Shown here piece by piece: positions 15,598 through 24,030 of a stretch of DNA of 32,000 bases. Under the pieces are notes generated by a model. That model saw nothing but the letters and a program-made list of their open reading frames with translations, was not told where the DNA came from and did not search any database. Source of the stretch: Halogeometricum borinquense DSM 11551 (GTDB lineage Archaea > Halobacteriota > Halobacteria > Halobacteriales > Haloferacaceae); assembly GCF_000172995.2 (NCBI RefSeq), contig NC_014729.1:1530001-1562000 (forward strand). The letters run 5' to 3'. Position numbers and translations under genes: made by a program. Position 1 is the first letter of the stretch. Each line of letters opens with the position of its first letter.

Positions 15598-16532
15598 GCT
15601 GTCACCTCCAGTTTCGCGCAGAAGAACCCGCCCGTGTCGTTGTGATGCGGATAGACGCGGTGGGCGAGTTCGACCGACGGGTCGTACTCCTCGTCTTCCC
15701 ACTCGGTGACGCCGGGTGCTGTCTCGAAGTTGTCAGGGGCGTCCCACGGGACGAGTTTGCAGTCTTCCTCGCCGAGGACATGATCGAGGACGGCCTCGTT
15801 CTCCTCGGGTGCGAACGTACACGTCGAGTAAACGACGGTACCGCCGGGTCGAGTGGCTTGGACAGCACGCCGGAGAATTCCTTTCTGGATGCCGGCGACG
15901 CTGTGGACGTGGTTCATCGTCCATCGGTCGAGCGCGTCGGGGTTCTTTCGAATCGTTCCCTCACAGGAACACGGCGCGTCCACGAGGGCCTTGTCGAACG
16001 CATCGATGGCCGCCGAGTCGTCGGTGTCCTCACCGAACGGTTTCAGCGAGTAGTTTCGCGCGTCCTGATTCGTCACGACGAGGTTGCTGACGCCGAGGCG
16101 TTCGGCGTTGTGGCGGAGCGCCGAGAGACGGCCGAGATTGTTGTCGTTACCGATGAGGACGCCGGTATCGTCCATCAGGTCTGCGAGTTGCGTCGTCTTA
16201 CTGCCGGGGGCGGCGCAGGCGTCCCAGACGATTTCGCCGGGTTCCGGGTCGAGCGCGAGCGCCGGAAGCGCCGACACTTCCTCTTGGCCGTGCAACCAGC
16301 CGTGGAAGTACGGCCACGTCGTCCCGGGGCCGCGTTCGTCGAGTTTCAGGATGCCGGGATGCCAGTCGGTGGGCTCGTAGCCGACGTTTTCGGCGTCGAG
16401 GGCCGAACGTGCGCGATCAACCGTCGTCTTGATGGTGTTGACGCGGACGACGGACGGGAGCGGCCGGTCGCAGGCCGCGAAGAACGCGTCCTCGTCGTCC
16501 ACGAGCGGCGCGTACCGCTCTAAGGGGTTCAT
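15594..16532 (-). CDS. NOL1/NOP2/Sun (RsmB/Trm4-like) RNA cytosine-C5 methyltransferase
   Basis: Only the C-terminal 312 codons of track ORF 15594..17492 are credible, starting at ATG 16532 (MNPLERYAPLVDD...). SAM site DACAAPGSKT, catalytic DAPCSCEG (motif IV) and YSTCTF (motif VI). Confidence 0.9.
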   Translation of the reverse strand: MNPLERYAPLVDDEDAFFAACDRPLPSVVRVNTIKTTVDRARSALDAENVGYEPTDWHPGILKLDERGPGTTWPYFHGWLHGQEEVSALPALALDPEPGEIVWDACAAPGSKTTQLADLMDDTGVLIGNDNNLGRLSALRHNAERLGVSNLVVTNQDARNYSLKPFGEDTDDSAAIDAFDKALVDAPCSCEGTIRKNPDALDRWTMNHVHSVAGIQKGILRRAVQATRPGGTVVYSTCTFAPEENEAVLDHVLGEEDCKLVPWDAPDNFETAPGVTEWEDEEYDPSVELAHRVYPHHNDTGGFFCAKLEVTA

Positions 16533-16676
16533 TACCCACCCGTACCGGAGGGGGGCGCTTGTGGGTTTCGGACCGCGCGTCTCGGTGTGACAGACCGACC
16601 CGGCGCGGGAGAACGGATTCGCGTCGGTACCGTCCCAGCACCCCGGTTTTACGTCACCAGAGAGTGAATTATCACT

Positions 16677-17417
16677 ATGGCCAAAATAGCCGTCCTCGAC
16701 GACAGTGTGTCGCTTTCCGAACCGACGATGGTTGAAGGACTGCCCGGCGTCGGGTTGGTCGGCAAGATTGCGGCCGACCACCTCGTAGAGGCGTTCGATA
16801 TGGTCCACTACGGTAACCTCCACTGCGACGGTATTCCGAAAGTGGCCGTCTATCACGAGGGAGATCCCGAACTTTCGACGCCCGTCCGCCTCTACGCCGA
16901 CGCGGAGCGCGATCTGCTCGTCCTCCAGAGCGACGTTCCCATCGTGCCGCAAGCCGCGACTGAAGTCGCTAACTGCCTCTCCTCGTGGTTCGACGACATA
17001 GAGAGTATGCCCATCTTCCTCTCGGGACTCCCGCAGGAGAAATCCGAAGACGTTCCCGCGTTGTACGCCGTCGCTGCGGGTGAAGGAGCAGCTATGGTCG
17101 AAGAGGCGGGCATCGACTTCCCCAACGAGATGGGCCTGATCTCCGGACCGACGGGCGCGTTGCTGCACGATGCCCTCAAGAACGACCGCACGGCGGTCGG
17201 CCTGATCGTCGAGTCGGACCCGCAATTCCCTGACCCCGAAGCTTCCCGCGTCATCATCAAGAAGGGGATCGAACCGCTGGCGGGCATCGAAGTACCCGTT
17301 GACAATCTCGTTGATCGGGCCGAAGAGATTCGCAACGCGAAGAAACAACTCGCGCAGCGGATGCAACAGGGTGACGAGGAGAGTACGCAAGCCCAACCGC
17401 TCCGAATGTACCAGTAG
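16677..17417 (+). CDS. PAC2-family proteasome assembly chaperone-like protein
   Basis: MVEGLPGVGLVGKIAADHLV N-terminal signature and ~245 aa length typical of archaeal PAC2/COG1938 proteins. TATA-like GTTTTACG lies about 28 nt upstream. Confidence 0.8.
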   Translation: MAKIAVLDDSVSLSEPTMVEGLPGVGLVGKIAADHLVEAFDMVHYGNLHCDGIPKVAVYHEGDPELSTPVRLYADAERDLLVLQSDVPIVPQAATEVANCLSSWFDDIESMPIFLSGLPQEKSEDVPALYAVAAGEGAAMVEEAGIDFPNEMGLISGPTGALLHDALKNDRTAVGLIVESDPQFPDPEASRVIIKKGIEPLAGIEVPVDNLVDRAEEIRNAKKQLAQRMQQGDEESTQAQPLRMYQ

Positions 17418-17474
17418 GCCCGCTTCGAACGGTCCGACCCACCGGCTCCGAGAACGCCGTCGGACGAGTCGTAC

Positions 17475-17486
17475 AACCTTAAGCCG
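17475..17486 (+). promoter_or_regulatory. TATA-like promoter core of grpE (AACCTTAAGCCG)
   Basis: Centred about 28 nt upstream of ATG 17508. Nearly identical to the element upstream of dnaK. Confidence 0.4.
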
Positions 17487-17507
17487 CGCCACCCGTTTTG
17501 GTCAGAT

Positions 17508-18278
17508 ATGACCGACGAGTCCCCCGACGGCCGTGTGTCCGAGAGCGCAGACGCTGACGAGACGACGGACCCCGACGTCGATGGGTCCGACACGACGGCC
17601 GATGCAACAGCAGCGGCCGAGCAGAACGGGGAAGCCGAGGCGGCCGAAACGGAGACGGCCGCAGAGAAGGAAGCCGAAGCGGAGACTGCTGAAACCGAGA
17701 CTGCTGAAGCGGAGGCAGTTGGCGACGCAGCGAATGCCGAAACGACGGGTGATGTTGCTGCCCGCGTCGCGGAGTACGACGACGAACTCGCCGACGAGGT
17801 GGCCGCACTCGAACGACGAGTCCAGAAACTCGAAACCAAACTCGCTACGAAAGCCGAGGAAGCGGACGAACTCACCGAGCGTCTGAAACGGACGCAGGCG
17901 GACTTCCAGAACTACAAGAAACGCGCGAAGAAGCGACAGGACCAGATCCGAGAGACGGCGACCGAGGACTTCGTCGAACGCGTCGTCACCGTCCGCGACA
18001 ACCTCCTTCGCGCTCTGGATCAGGACGAAGATGCCGACATCCGTCCGGGGATCGAATCGACGCTGGAGGAGTTCGACCGCATCCTCGCCGACGAGGACGT
18101 ATCAACTATCGACCCCGAACCGGGCGAAGAAGTTGACCCGACGCGCCACGAAGTGATGATGCGCGTCGAGAGCGACCAGCCAGAGGGAACCGTTGCTGAC
18201 GTGTATCAGCCGGGATACGAGATGGCCGAGAAAGTCATCCGCGAAGCGCAGATTACGGTCAGTAAAGACGACGAGTAA
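17508..18278 (+). CDS. grpE: GrpE nucleotide exchange factor with long acidic low-complexity N-terminus
   Basis: Coiled coil ELTERLKRTQADFQNYKKRAKKR, then the conserved C-terminal HEVMMRVESDQPEGTVADVYQPGYEMAEKVIREAQITVS. Sits in the dnaK/dnaJ neighbourhood. Confidence 0.92.
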   Translation: MTDESPDGRVSESADADETTDPDVDGSDTTADATAAAEQNGEAEAAETETAAEKEAEAETAETETAEAEAVGDAANAETTGDVAARVAEYDDELADEVAALERRVQKLETKLATKAEEADELTERLKRTQADFQNYKKRAKKRQDQIRETATEDFVERVVTVRDNLLRALDQDEDADIRPGIESTLEEFDRILADEDVSTIDPEPGEEVDPTRHEVMMRVESDQPEGTVADVYQPGYEMAEKVIREAQITVSKDDE

Positions 18279-18394
18279 CTGAACCGCTCCTGAGACCGCA
18301 CAGGCTGGCCGATTCACGTAGGCTTTTGTTCTCACCCTGTCACGCTTCAGGAGTGAGAATTCCGTTTCGAAATCAGTTCCGTGAGACGCCTCGA

Positions 18395-19150
18395 ATGCGA
18401 TTTTCCGTCCACGGCGACGGTGGTGAGGATCTGCTGTTCGTCCTCGGCTGGGGCAACGAACCTGACGACAAACACGTCTCGTGGTTGCTCGACAGACTCA
18501 CCGAGGAGTACTGTGTCCACGCTGTCACCCTCCCGATGAACGGCTGGGACTTCGATGATCAGTATCTCTCCCCCGTCCGGACGTACTACGAGGATCACGA
18601 CTTCGACGTGGTGCTGAGTCACAGCACCGGCGGACTCATCGCCGCGCATCTCGCGGATGTGGTGGACAACGCTCCCCGAAACGTGTTTTTGAGTCCGTGG
18701 TGGGGGACAGCCCCGAACGATGGGTTCGAGTCGGTAGTTCTGCCGTACTATCTCCAGATCCCGACCACTCGGCGGCTGTTCTCGCCCGAACGAGACACCC
18801 CGGTTATCGGTGACCTGAAGTCCGAAGACGAGTACGACGAAGCACCGCAAGGCATCTCGCCCGCGTTCCTTCGGACAATTATGGACGCACAAGCGCGACT
18901 CCCCTATTTCCGAGAGCAGGACGTGGTGTTCTGTTCGCTATCGGATCGGATGGTCAGTGTCCGCGCCATCGGTGACCGGACACCGACCGAGAACCTCCGT
19001 CCGTACGACGGCGGCCACGAGTTCTTCTCTTCTTCCGGTCGGGAAGCGGTGGTCGAGGACGTGTTGGCAGTACTCGACGAGGGAGTTGACGCAATTCGAG
19101 GACCGTCCTCGACCTCGTCATACGGTAACGTTCCTGCCGAGATGGACTGA
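18395..19150 (+). CDS. alpha/beta-fold hydrolase, unknown substrate
   Basis: Track ORF 18326..19150 trimmed to ATG 18395 (MRFSVHGDGGEDLLFVLGWG...). Nucleophile-elbow-like LSHSTGGL and a C-terminal GGHEF (His of the triad). Confidence 0.7.
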   Translation: MRFSVHGDGGEDLLFVLGWGNEPDDKHVSWLLDRLTEEYCVHAVTLPMNGWDFDDQYLSPVRTYYEDHDFDVVLSHSTGGLIAAHLADVVDNAPRNVFLSPWWGTAPNDGFESVVLPYYLQIPTTRRLFSPERDTPVIGDLKSEDEYDEAPQGISPAFLRTIMDAQARLPYFREQDVVFCSLSDRMVSVRAIGDRTPTENLRPYDGGHEFFSSSGREAVVEDVLAVLDEGVDAIRGPSSTSSYGNVPAEMD

Positions 19151-19251
19151 CTGCGGTTCGATAAAAAACCCAGTCACATCGCACAGCCGGGAACGATCAA
19201 ATCGCAAGACTGCGGCGACCTGCTCTAGCGCCGGCCACGCTCCCGTCTAGT

Positions 19252-19263
19252 AACCTTTAACCG
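19252..19263 (+). promoter_or_regulatory. TATA-like promoter core of dnaK (AACCTTTAACCG)
   Basis: Centred about 32 nt upstream of ATG 19289. Matches the grpE element AACCTTAAGCCG apart from one inserted T and one substitution. Confidence 0.4.
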
Positions 19264-19288
19264 ATTTAGACCAGTAGTTGCCGCCAAG

Positions 19289-21196
19289 ATGGCGAGCAAC
19301 AAGATTCTCGGTATCGACCTCGGTACCACGAACAGCGCTTTCGCGGTGATGGAGGGTGGGGACCCCGAAATTATCGTGAACGCCGAGGGCGACCGCACCA
19401 CTCCCTCCGTGGTGGCGTTCACCGACGACGACGAGCGTCTCGTCGGCAAGCCCGCAAAGAATCAGGCGATTCAGAACCCGGACCACACGATTCGTTCTAT
19501 CAAGCGCCACATGGGTGAGGAGGACTACACCGTCGAAATCGACGACGAGGAGTACACTCCCGAGCAGATTTCGGCGATGACCCTCCAGAAGATCAAACGC
19601 GACGCCGAAGACTACCTCGGCGACGAGGTAGAGAAGGCCGTTATCACCGTTCCGGCGTACTTCAACGACCGCCAGCGTCAGGCGACGAAGGACGCCGGCG
19701 AAATCGCCGGCTTCGAGGTCGAACGCATCATCAACGAACCGACAGCCGCCTCCATGGCCTACGGACTGGACGACGACTCCGACCAGACCGTTCTCGTCTA
19801 CGACCTCGGCGGCGGGACGTTCGACGTTTCTGTTCTCGACCTCGGCGGCGGCGTCTACGAAGTTGTTGCCACGAACGGTGACAACGACCTCGGTGGCGAC
19901 GACTGGGACCAGGCCATCATCGACTGGTTGGCCGAAGAGTTCGAGAACAACCACGGTATCGACCTCCGCGAGGATCGGCAGGCCCTTCAGCGTCTGAAGG
20001 ACGCCGCCGAAGAGGCGAAGATCGAACTCTCCTCGCGCAAGGAGACGACCATCAACCTGCCGTTCATCACGGCGACGGACTCCGGTCCGGTCCACCTCGA
20101 AGAGAAACTCACACGTGCGAAGTTCGAGTCGCTCACGTCGGACCTCATCGACCGTACGGTAGGCCCGACGGAGCAAGCGCTCGAAGACGCCGGGTACACG
20201 AAAGAGGACATCGACGACGTGATTCTCGTCGGTGGCTCCACCCGGATGCCACAGGTCCACGAGAAGGTCGAGGAGATGCTCGGTATCGAACCGAAGAAGA
20301 ACGTCAACCCCGACGAGGCAGTCGCCCTCGGCGCAGCGATTCAGGGCGGCGTCCTCGGCGGCGAAGTGGACGACATCGTCCTCCTCGACGTGACGCCACT
20401 CAGCCTCGGTATCGAGGTGAAAGGTGGCCTGTTCGAGCGACTCATCGAGAAGAACACCACGATCCCGACCGAGGAATCGAAGATCTTCACCACGGCCGCG
20501 GACAACCAGACCTCCGTACAGGTTCGTGTCTTCCAGGGTGAACGCGAGATTGCCGAGGAGAACGAACTGCTCGGCGAGTTCCAACTCACCGGCATCCCAC
20601 CGGCACCCGCCGGAACGCCGCAGATCGAGGTCACGTTCAACATCGACGAGAACGGTATCGTCAACGTCGAAGCCGAGGACAAAGGCTCCGGCAACGCCGA
20701 GTCGATCACCATCGAAGGCGGCGCTGGCCTCTCAGACGAAGAGATCGAGCAGATGCAAGAGGAGGCCGAACAGCACGCCGAAGAGGACGAACAGCGGCGT
20801 GAGCGCATCGAGGCCCGCAACGAGGCCGAGAGCGCAGTCCAGCGCGCGGAGACGCTCCTCGAAGAGAACGAAGAGCAGGTTGACGACGACCTGCGCGCCG
20901 ACATCGAGGCCGCGATGGACGATGTCGAGGCGACGCTCGAAGACGAGGACGCGACGAAGGAGGAACTCGAAGACGCGACCGAGGCGCTCTCGAAGGAACT
21001 CCAGGAGATCGGCAAGCAGATGTACCAGCAGCAGGCCCAAGCCCAAGGTGCACAGGCCGGTGCCGGCGGTGCCGGACCCGGCGGTGCAGGCGGAATGGGC
21101 GGTATGGGCGGCCAAGGCGGCCAGAGTCCCGGCGACGACGACGAATACGTAGACGCCGACTTCGAAGATGTAGACGAGGACGACGAAGACGCGTAA
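19289..21196 (+). CDS. dnaK: Hsp70 chaperone DnaK
   Basis: [40 protein letters not shown] and the GG(M/A)G-rich acidic C-terminus. 635 aa. Confidence 0.98.
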   Translation: MASNKILGIDLGTTNSAFAVMEGGDPEIIVNAEGDRTTPSVVAFTDDDERLVGKPAKNQAIQNPDHTIRSIKRHMGEEDYTVEIDDEEYTPEQISAMTLQKIKRDAEDYLGDEVEKAVITVPAYFNDRQRQATKDAGEIAGFEVERIINEPTAASMAYGLDDDSDQTVLVYDLGGGTFDVSVLDLGGGVYEVVATNGDNDLGGDDWDQAIIDWLAEEFENNHGIDLREDRQALQRLKDAAEEAKIELSSRKETTINLPFITATDSGPVHLEEKLTRAKFESLTSDLIDRTVGPTEQALEDAGYTKEDIDDVILVGGSTRMPQVHEKVEEMLGIEPKKNVNPDEAVALGAAIQGGVLGGEVDDIVLLDVTPLSLGIEVKGGLFERLIEKNTTIPTEESKIFTTAADNQTSVQVRVFQGEREIAEENELLGEFQLTGIPPAPAGTPQIEVTFNIDENGIVNVEAEDKGSGNAESITIEGGAGLSDEEIEQMQEEAEQHAEEDEQRRERIEARNEAESAVQRAETLLEENEEQVDDDLRADIEAAMDDVEATLEDEDATKEELEDATEALSKELQEIGKQMYQQQAQAQGAQAGAGGAGPGGAGGMGGMGGQGGQSPGDDDEYVDADFEDVDEDDEDA

Positions 21197-21353
21197 GCGT
21201 CTGAGTCGTCTCAATCGTTCGCTCCCGGAACACGCTGCGTTCTGGGACTGTCGGGAGCCCAAACTGAGGCATTCGCTCGCCTCTCACGTTCGAGATTCTG
21301 TCGCCACTGACCCGTTCTTTTGAAGTAGTTCAATCGAGTAACGCAGATAACGA

Positions 21354-22520
21354 ATGAGCGAGGACTTCTACGACGTACTCGGCGTTTCACGAGACGCGTC
21401 CGAGGACGAGATCAAGCAGGCCTACCGAAAGAAGGCCGCACAGTACCATCCGGACGTTTCCGACGAACCCGACGCAGAGGAGAAGTTCAAGAAGGTAAAG
21501 AAGGCAAAGGAGGTCCTGACTGACGAGCAGAAGCGTCGGCAGTACGACCAGTTGGGTCACGACCGGTTCGAACAGGCCGAAAAACGCGGCGGTGTCGGCG
21601 GCGCTGGCGGCATGGGCGGTCGGGGGAACCCGTTCGGCGGCGCTGGCGGCGGCCAAGGCAACCCCTTCGAGGACATCTTCAGCCAGTTCTTCGGCGGTGG
21701 CGGTGGCATGGGCGGCCAGGGCCAACAGCGTAACCGGCCACGACAGGGCCAGAACCTCCGAACGCGCGTGAGCCTCGACCTCGAAGAGGCCTACGAGGGC
21801 GTCGAAAAGCAGTTCTCCGTCGAGCGCCCCGAACGCTGTCCGGAGTGCGATGGCGACGGCCACCCTGCCGATGCCGAGGTACACACCTGCCCGCAGTGTA
21901 ACGGACAGGGACAGACGACGACCGTCCGAGACACGCCGCTCGGCCGCGTTCAGCAGACGCAGACCTGTCGCCAGTGCAACGGCGAGGGGCAGACGTACAG
22001 CGAGCGGTGTTCGCAGTGTAACGGCGACGGCGTCGTCCGCGAGGAAGCGACGCTGGAGGTCACTATTCCGGCGGGCATCCGCGACGGGCAGACGCTCCGG
22101 ATGGAGCGCGAAGGCGCGCCCGGCGAGAACGGCGGGCCGAACGGTGACCTCCTCATCGAGGTTTCCATCCGCGAGCACGAGGACTTCGAACGCGACGGCG
22201 ACGACCTGCACCACCGTCTCGCTATCTCCTTCCCGCAGGCCGTCTTCGGCGCGACGGTGGAGGTGCCGACGGTCAACGGAACGACCGAGTTAGAGATTCC
22301 GAAAGGCACCCAAAGCGGCGAGTCGTTCCGCATCCGCAACGAGGGCATGCCTCACCTGCGCGGTCGGGGTAACGGTGACCTCCACGTGCAGGTGCAGGTC
22401 GTGACGCCCGAGAACCTGAACGACGAGCAGCGCGAAGCACTCGAAGCGTTCGCGGAAGCCGGTGGCGAAGAGGTGAACGTGAACGAGGGCTTCTTCGAGA
22501 AGATCAAGAACTCACTGTAA
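21354..22520 (+). CDS. dnaJ: Hsp40 co-chaperone DnaJ (type I)
   Basis: J domain DFYDVLGV...YHPD. G/F-rich linker. Four CxxCxGxG zinc motifs (CPECDGDG, CPQCNGQG, CRQCNGEG, CSQCNGDG). Confidence 0.97.
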   Translation: MSEDFYDVLGVSRDASEDEIKQAYRKKAAQYHPDVSDEPDAEEKFKKVKKAKEVLTDEQKRRQYDQLGHDRFEQAEKRGGVGGAGGMGGRGNPFGGAGGGQGNPFEDIFSQFFGGGGGMGGQGQQRNRPRQGQNLRTRVSLDLEEAYEGVEKQFSVERPERCPECDGDGHPADAEVHTCPQCNGQGQTTTVRDTPLGRVQQTQTCRQCNGEGQTYSERCSQCNGDGVVREEATLEVTIPAGIRDGQTLRMEREGAPGENGGPNGDLLIEVSIREHEDFERDGDDLHHRLAISFPQAVFGATVEVPTVNGTTELEIPKGTQSGESFRIRNEGMPHLRGRGNGDLHVQVQVVTPENLNDEQREALEAFAEAGGEEVNVNEGFFEKIKNSL

Positions 22521-22542
22521 CGGCGCTCCCTCGCTCTCGGAT

Positions 22543-23463
22543 TCACTCCTCGCTCGCGCCGATTCCGTCTCTGTCCAGTGCCGTCAGTCGTTCCAGTCGC
22601 TCTTTGACTGGTGGGTGCGTCCGCGTCAGGTCTTCGAGATATCTGAATACGCTGCCGAAATAGCCACGCCGTAACCCACTGAGGTCGGCCGTCACACCGC
22701 GTTGTCCCGCGACGACGGAGAGCGCGGCAACATCAGTTCGCTCTCGGAGGTCGGTCTCCGGTATCTCGGTGCCCTCCAGCGTACGGAGTGCGCTCGCCAG
22801 TGCCGCAGCGTCACCCGTTATCGTCACCGCGCCGCGGTCCGCGGCGAATTCCCTCGCACGCGAGAGGTTGCCGACAGCGATCCGCGCTCCTAACTCAAAG
22901 GTCGTCGCCAGACCGTAAATGACCGATCCCGCGGGATGTTGGTCACTGCTCTGTTGCGGCGTCGAGAGTGACTGGATATGGTCGGCCAGTACGACGGGCG
23001 CAAGGGCGACTGTCATCACCGCCGCGTCGCTGTTGGCAATGTGCGCCACCTCGTGAGCGAGAACGGCACGGAGTTCGTCGCCGTCCAGTCTATCCAGAAT
23101 GCCCTGCGAGAGGACGATAGTCGCGTTCGACTGACTCAATCCCGTCGTGAGTGCGATTGGTTCGTCAGTATCAACGAGAGCAATAGTTGGCATGGGGATA
23201 CCCACCTGCGAAGCAAGCGCGCTGACGGTTCGTGACAGTTCGGGCCGCTGCTCCGGTTTCTCCTCGTAGGCGGCGAGACGGTCGAGGAGTCCGAGACCCA
23301 TGTAGTGTTCCCAGAGGGCGACGCCACCGACGAAGACGAGTGCCAACACCGGTGCAAAGGTGATGGGATAGCCAACCACCGCGAACACAGCGGCGAAGAA
23401 TCCCGTGATCGCGAGAACGGCGACGACTAAGAGGCCGAGAAGGACGAAGACAGTAAGACCCAT
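22543..23463 (-). CDS. M48-family (HtpX-like) membrane zinc metalloprotease
   Basis: N-terminal TM helices, HEVAH zinc motif and a C-terminal HPPVKERL. Start set at ATG 23463 (MGLTVFVLLG...). The track start at 23520 is an alternative. Confidence 0.8.
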   Translation of the reverse strand: MGLTVFVLLGLLVVAVLAITGFFAAVFAVVGYPITFAPVLALVFVGGVALWEHYMGLGLLDRLAAYEEKPEQRPELSRTVSALASQVGIPMPTIALVDTDEPIALTTGLSQSNATIVLSQGILDRLDGDELRAVLAHEVAHIANSDAAVMTVALAPVVLADHIQSLSTPQQSSDQHPAGSVIYGLATTFELGARIAVGNLSRAREFAADRGAVTITGDAAALASALRTLEGTEIPETDLRERTDVAALSVVAGQRGVTADLSGLRRGYFGSVFRYLEDLTRTHPPVKERLERLTALDRDGIGASEE

Positions 23464-23588
23464 CCGGAGACTGAGAGACGTGTCGGTCTTCACACACCAG
23501 AGTAGCCACAGATAAGTCAAATATCTATTTCATACGATCCGTCAGGTGACAGGAGATGCAAATGGCCGCCGCCCGTATATTGACCTGT

Positions 23589-23909
23589 ATGTCCCATACG
23601 AGAGCGAACTACCGAGACGTGGCGGCGACAGCCGACGCGTTGCACTTCATGCGCGAGGAACTCGACACCGAGAACCTCGGATTCACCGTCGTGGAGGCCG
23701 ACCCCGACTGGACCGGAATGGAACACGACCACGCCGACGAGGATCACGAGGAGGTGTACTTCCTCGTAGAGGGCGAGGCGTCGCTCGTCGTTGAAGGCGA
23801 CGAAGTGGAACTGAATCCGGGGGACGCCGTGCGCGTTTCACCTGACGCCGAAAGACAGATTCGAAACGGACCCGTCGAGAGCCGATTCGTCATCGTCGGT
23901 GCGCCGTAG
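23589..23909 (+). CDS. cupin-domain protein
   Basis: GMEHDHADEDHEEVYFLVEGE (cupin motif 1) and PGDAVRVSP (motif 2). Start set at MSHTRANYRD (23589). ATG 23556 is an alternative and has an AT-rich box about 25-30 nt upstream. Confidence 0.75.
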   Translation: MSHTRANYRDVAATADALHFMREELDTENLGFTVVEADPDWTGMEHDHADEDHEEVYFLVEGEASLVVEGDEVELNPGDAVRVSPDAERQIRNGPVESRFVIVGAP

Positions 23910-23929
23910 CCGGGTTCCGTGGTGCATCA

Positions 23930-23968
23930 CGCTCTCTGTTGAGAGCGCACTGGGATCGAAATCCAGTG
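23930..23968 (+). promoter_or_regulatory. two abutting perfect hairpins in the cupin / COG0523 spacer
   Basis: CGCTCTC-TGTT-GAGAGCG (23930-23947) is immediately followed by CACTGG-GATCGAAAT-CCAGTG (23948-23968). A weaker third stem CCGTT/GACGG (23972-23991) and a T-rich stretch (24001-24009) follow. Confidence 0.55.
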
Positions 23969-24030
23969 TGTCCGTTCTTCGAATCCGACGGCTCCGGAAC
24001 GTTATTTCGCTCCTCCGCCAACGTTTGGTG

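Noticed and set aside
16533-17492. N-terminal 320 codons of the 632-aa minus-strand ORF 15594..17492
   Set aside because: It is antisense to the well-supported PAC2-like gene, has an R/V/L-rich non-halophilic composition, and the methyltransferase fold begins at MNPLERY (ATG 16532). This is a high-GC antisense artefact.
17560-17760. Repetitive acidic segment in GrpE (ETAETETAEAEA; GAGACTGCTGAA repeated in the DNA)
   Set aside because: This is low-complexity acidic N-terminal extension typical of halophile proteins. It is in frame and part of grpE, not an independent repeat element.
19247-21287. Long minus-strand ORFs antisense to dnaK (19247..20584, 20341..21015, 20706..21287) and plus-strand alternative frames
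   Set aside because: dnaK is unambiguous on the plus strand. The antisense frames are R/V/S-rich with no motifs, as expected from stop-codon depletion in GC-rich DNA. The same reasoning applies to 1591..2652 (+), 16892..17875 (-), 21387..22214 (-), 23890..24615 (-), 27234..28025 (-), 28052..29123 (+) and similar track entries.
23948-23991. tRNA-like look: a hairpin with a 7-nt U-turn-like loop followed by a TTCGAAT (T-loop-like) sequence
   Set aside because: There is no acceptor stem and no D-arm. The first hairpin has a 4-nt loop. TTCGAAT is not flanked by a complementary 5-bp stem giving a 7-nt loop. I therefore kept it as a structured spacer, not a tRNA gene.
23899-24030. Long N-terminal extension of the COG0523 ORF starting at GTG 23899 and overlapping the cupin stop
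   Set aside because: The extension (MRRSRVPWCITLSVESALGSKSSVSVLRIRRLRNVISLLRQRLV) is basic and unlike halophile proteins, and it coincides with the hairpin-rich spacer. The Walker A motif follows closely after ATG 24031.
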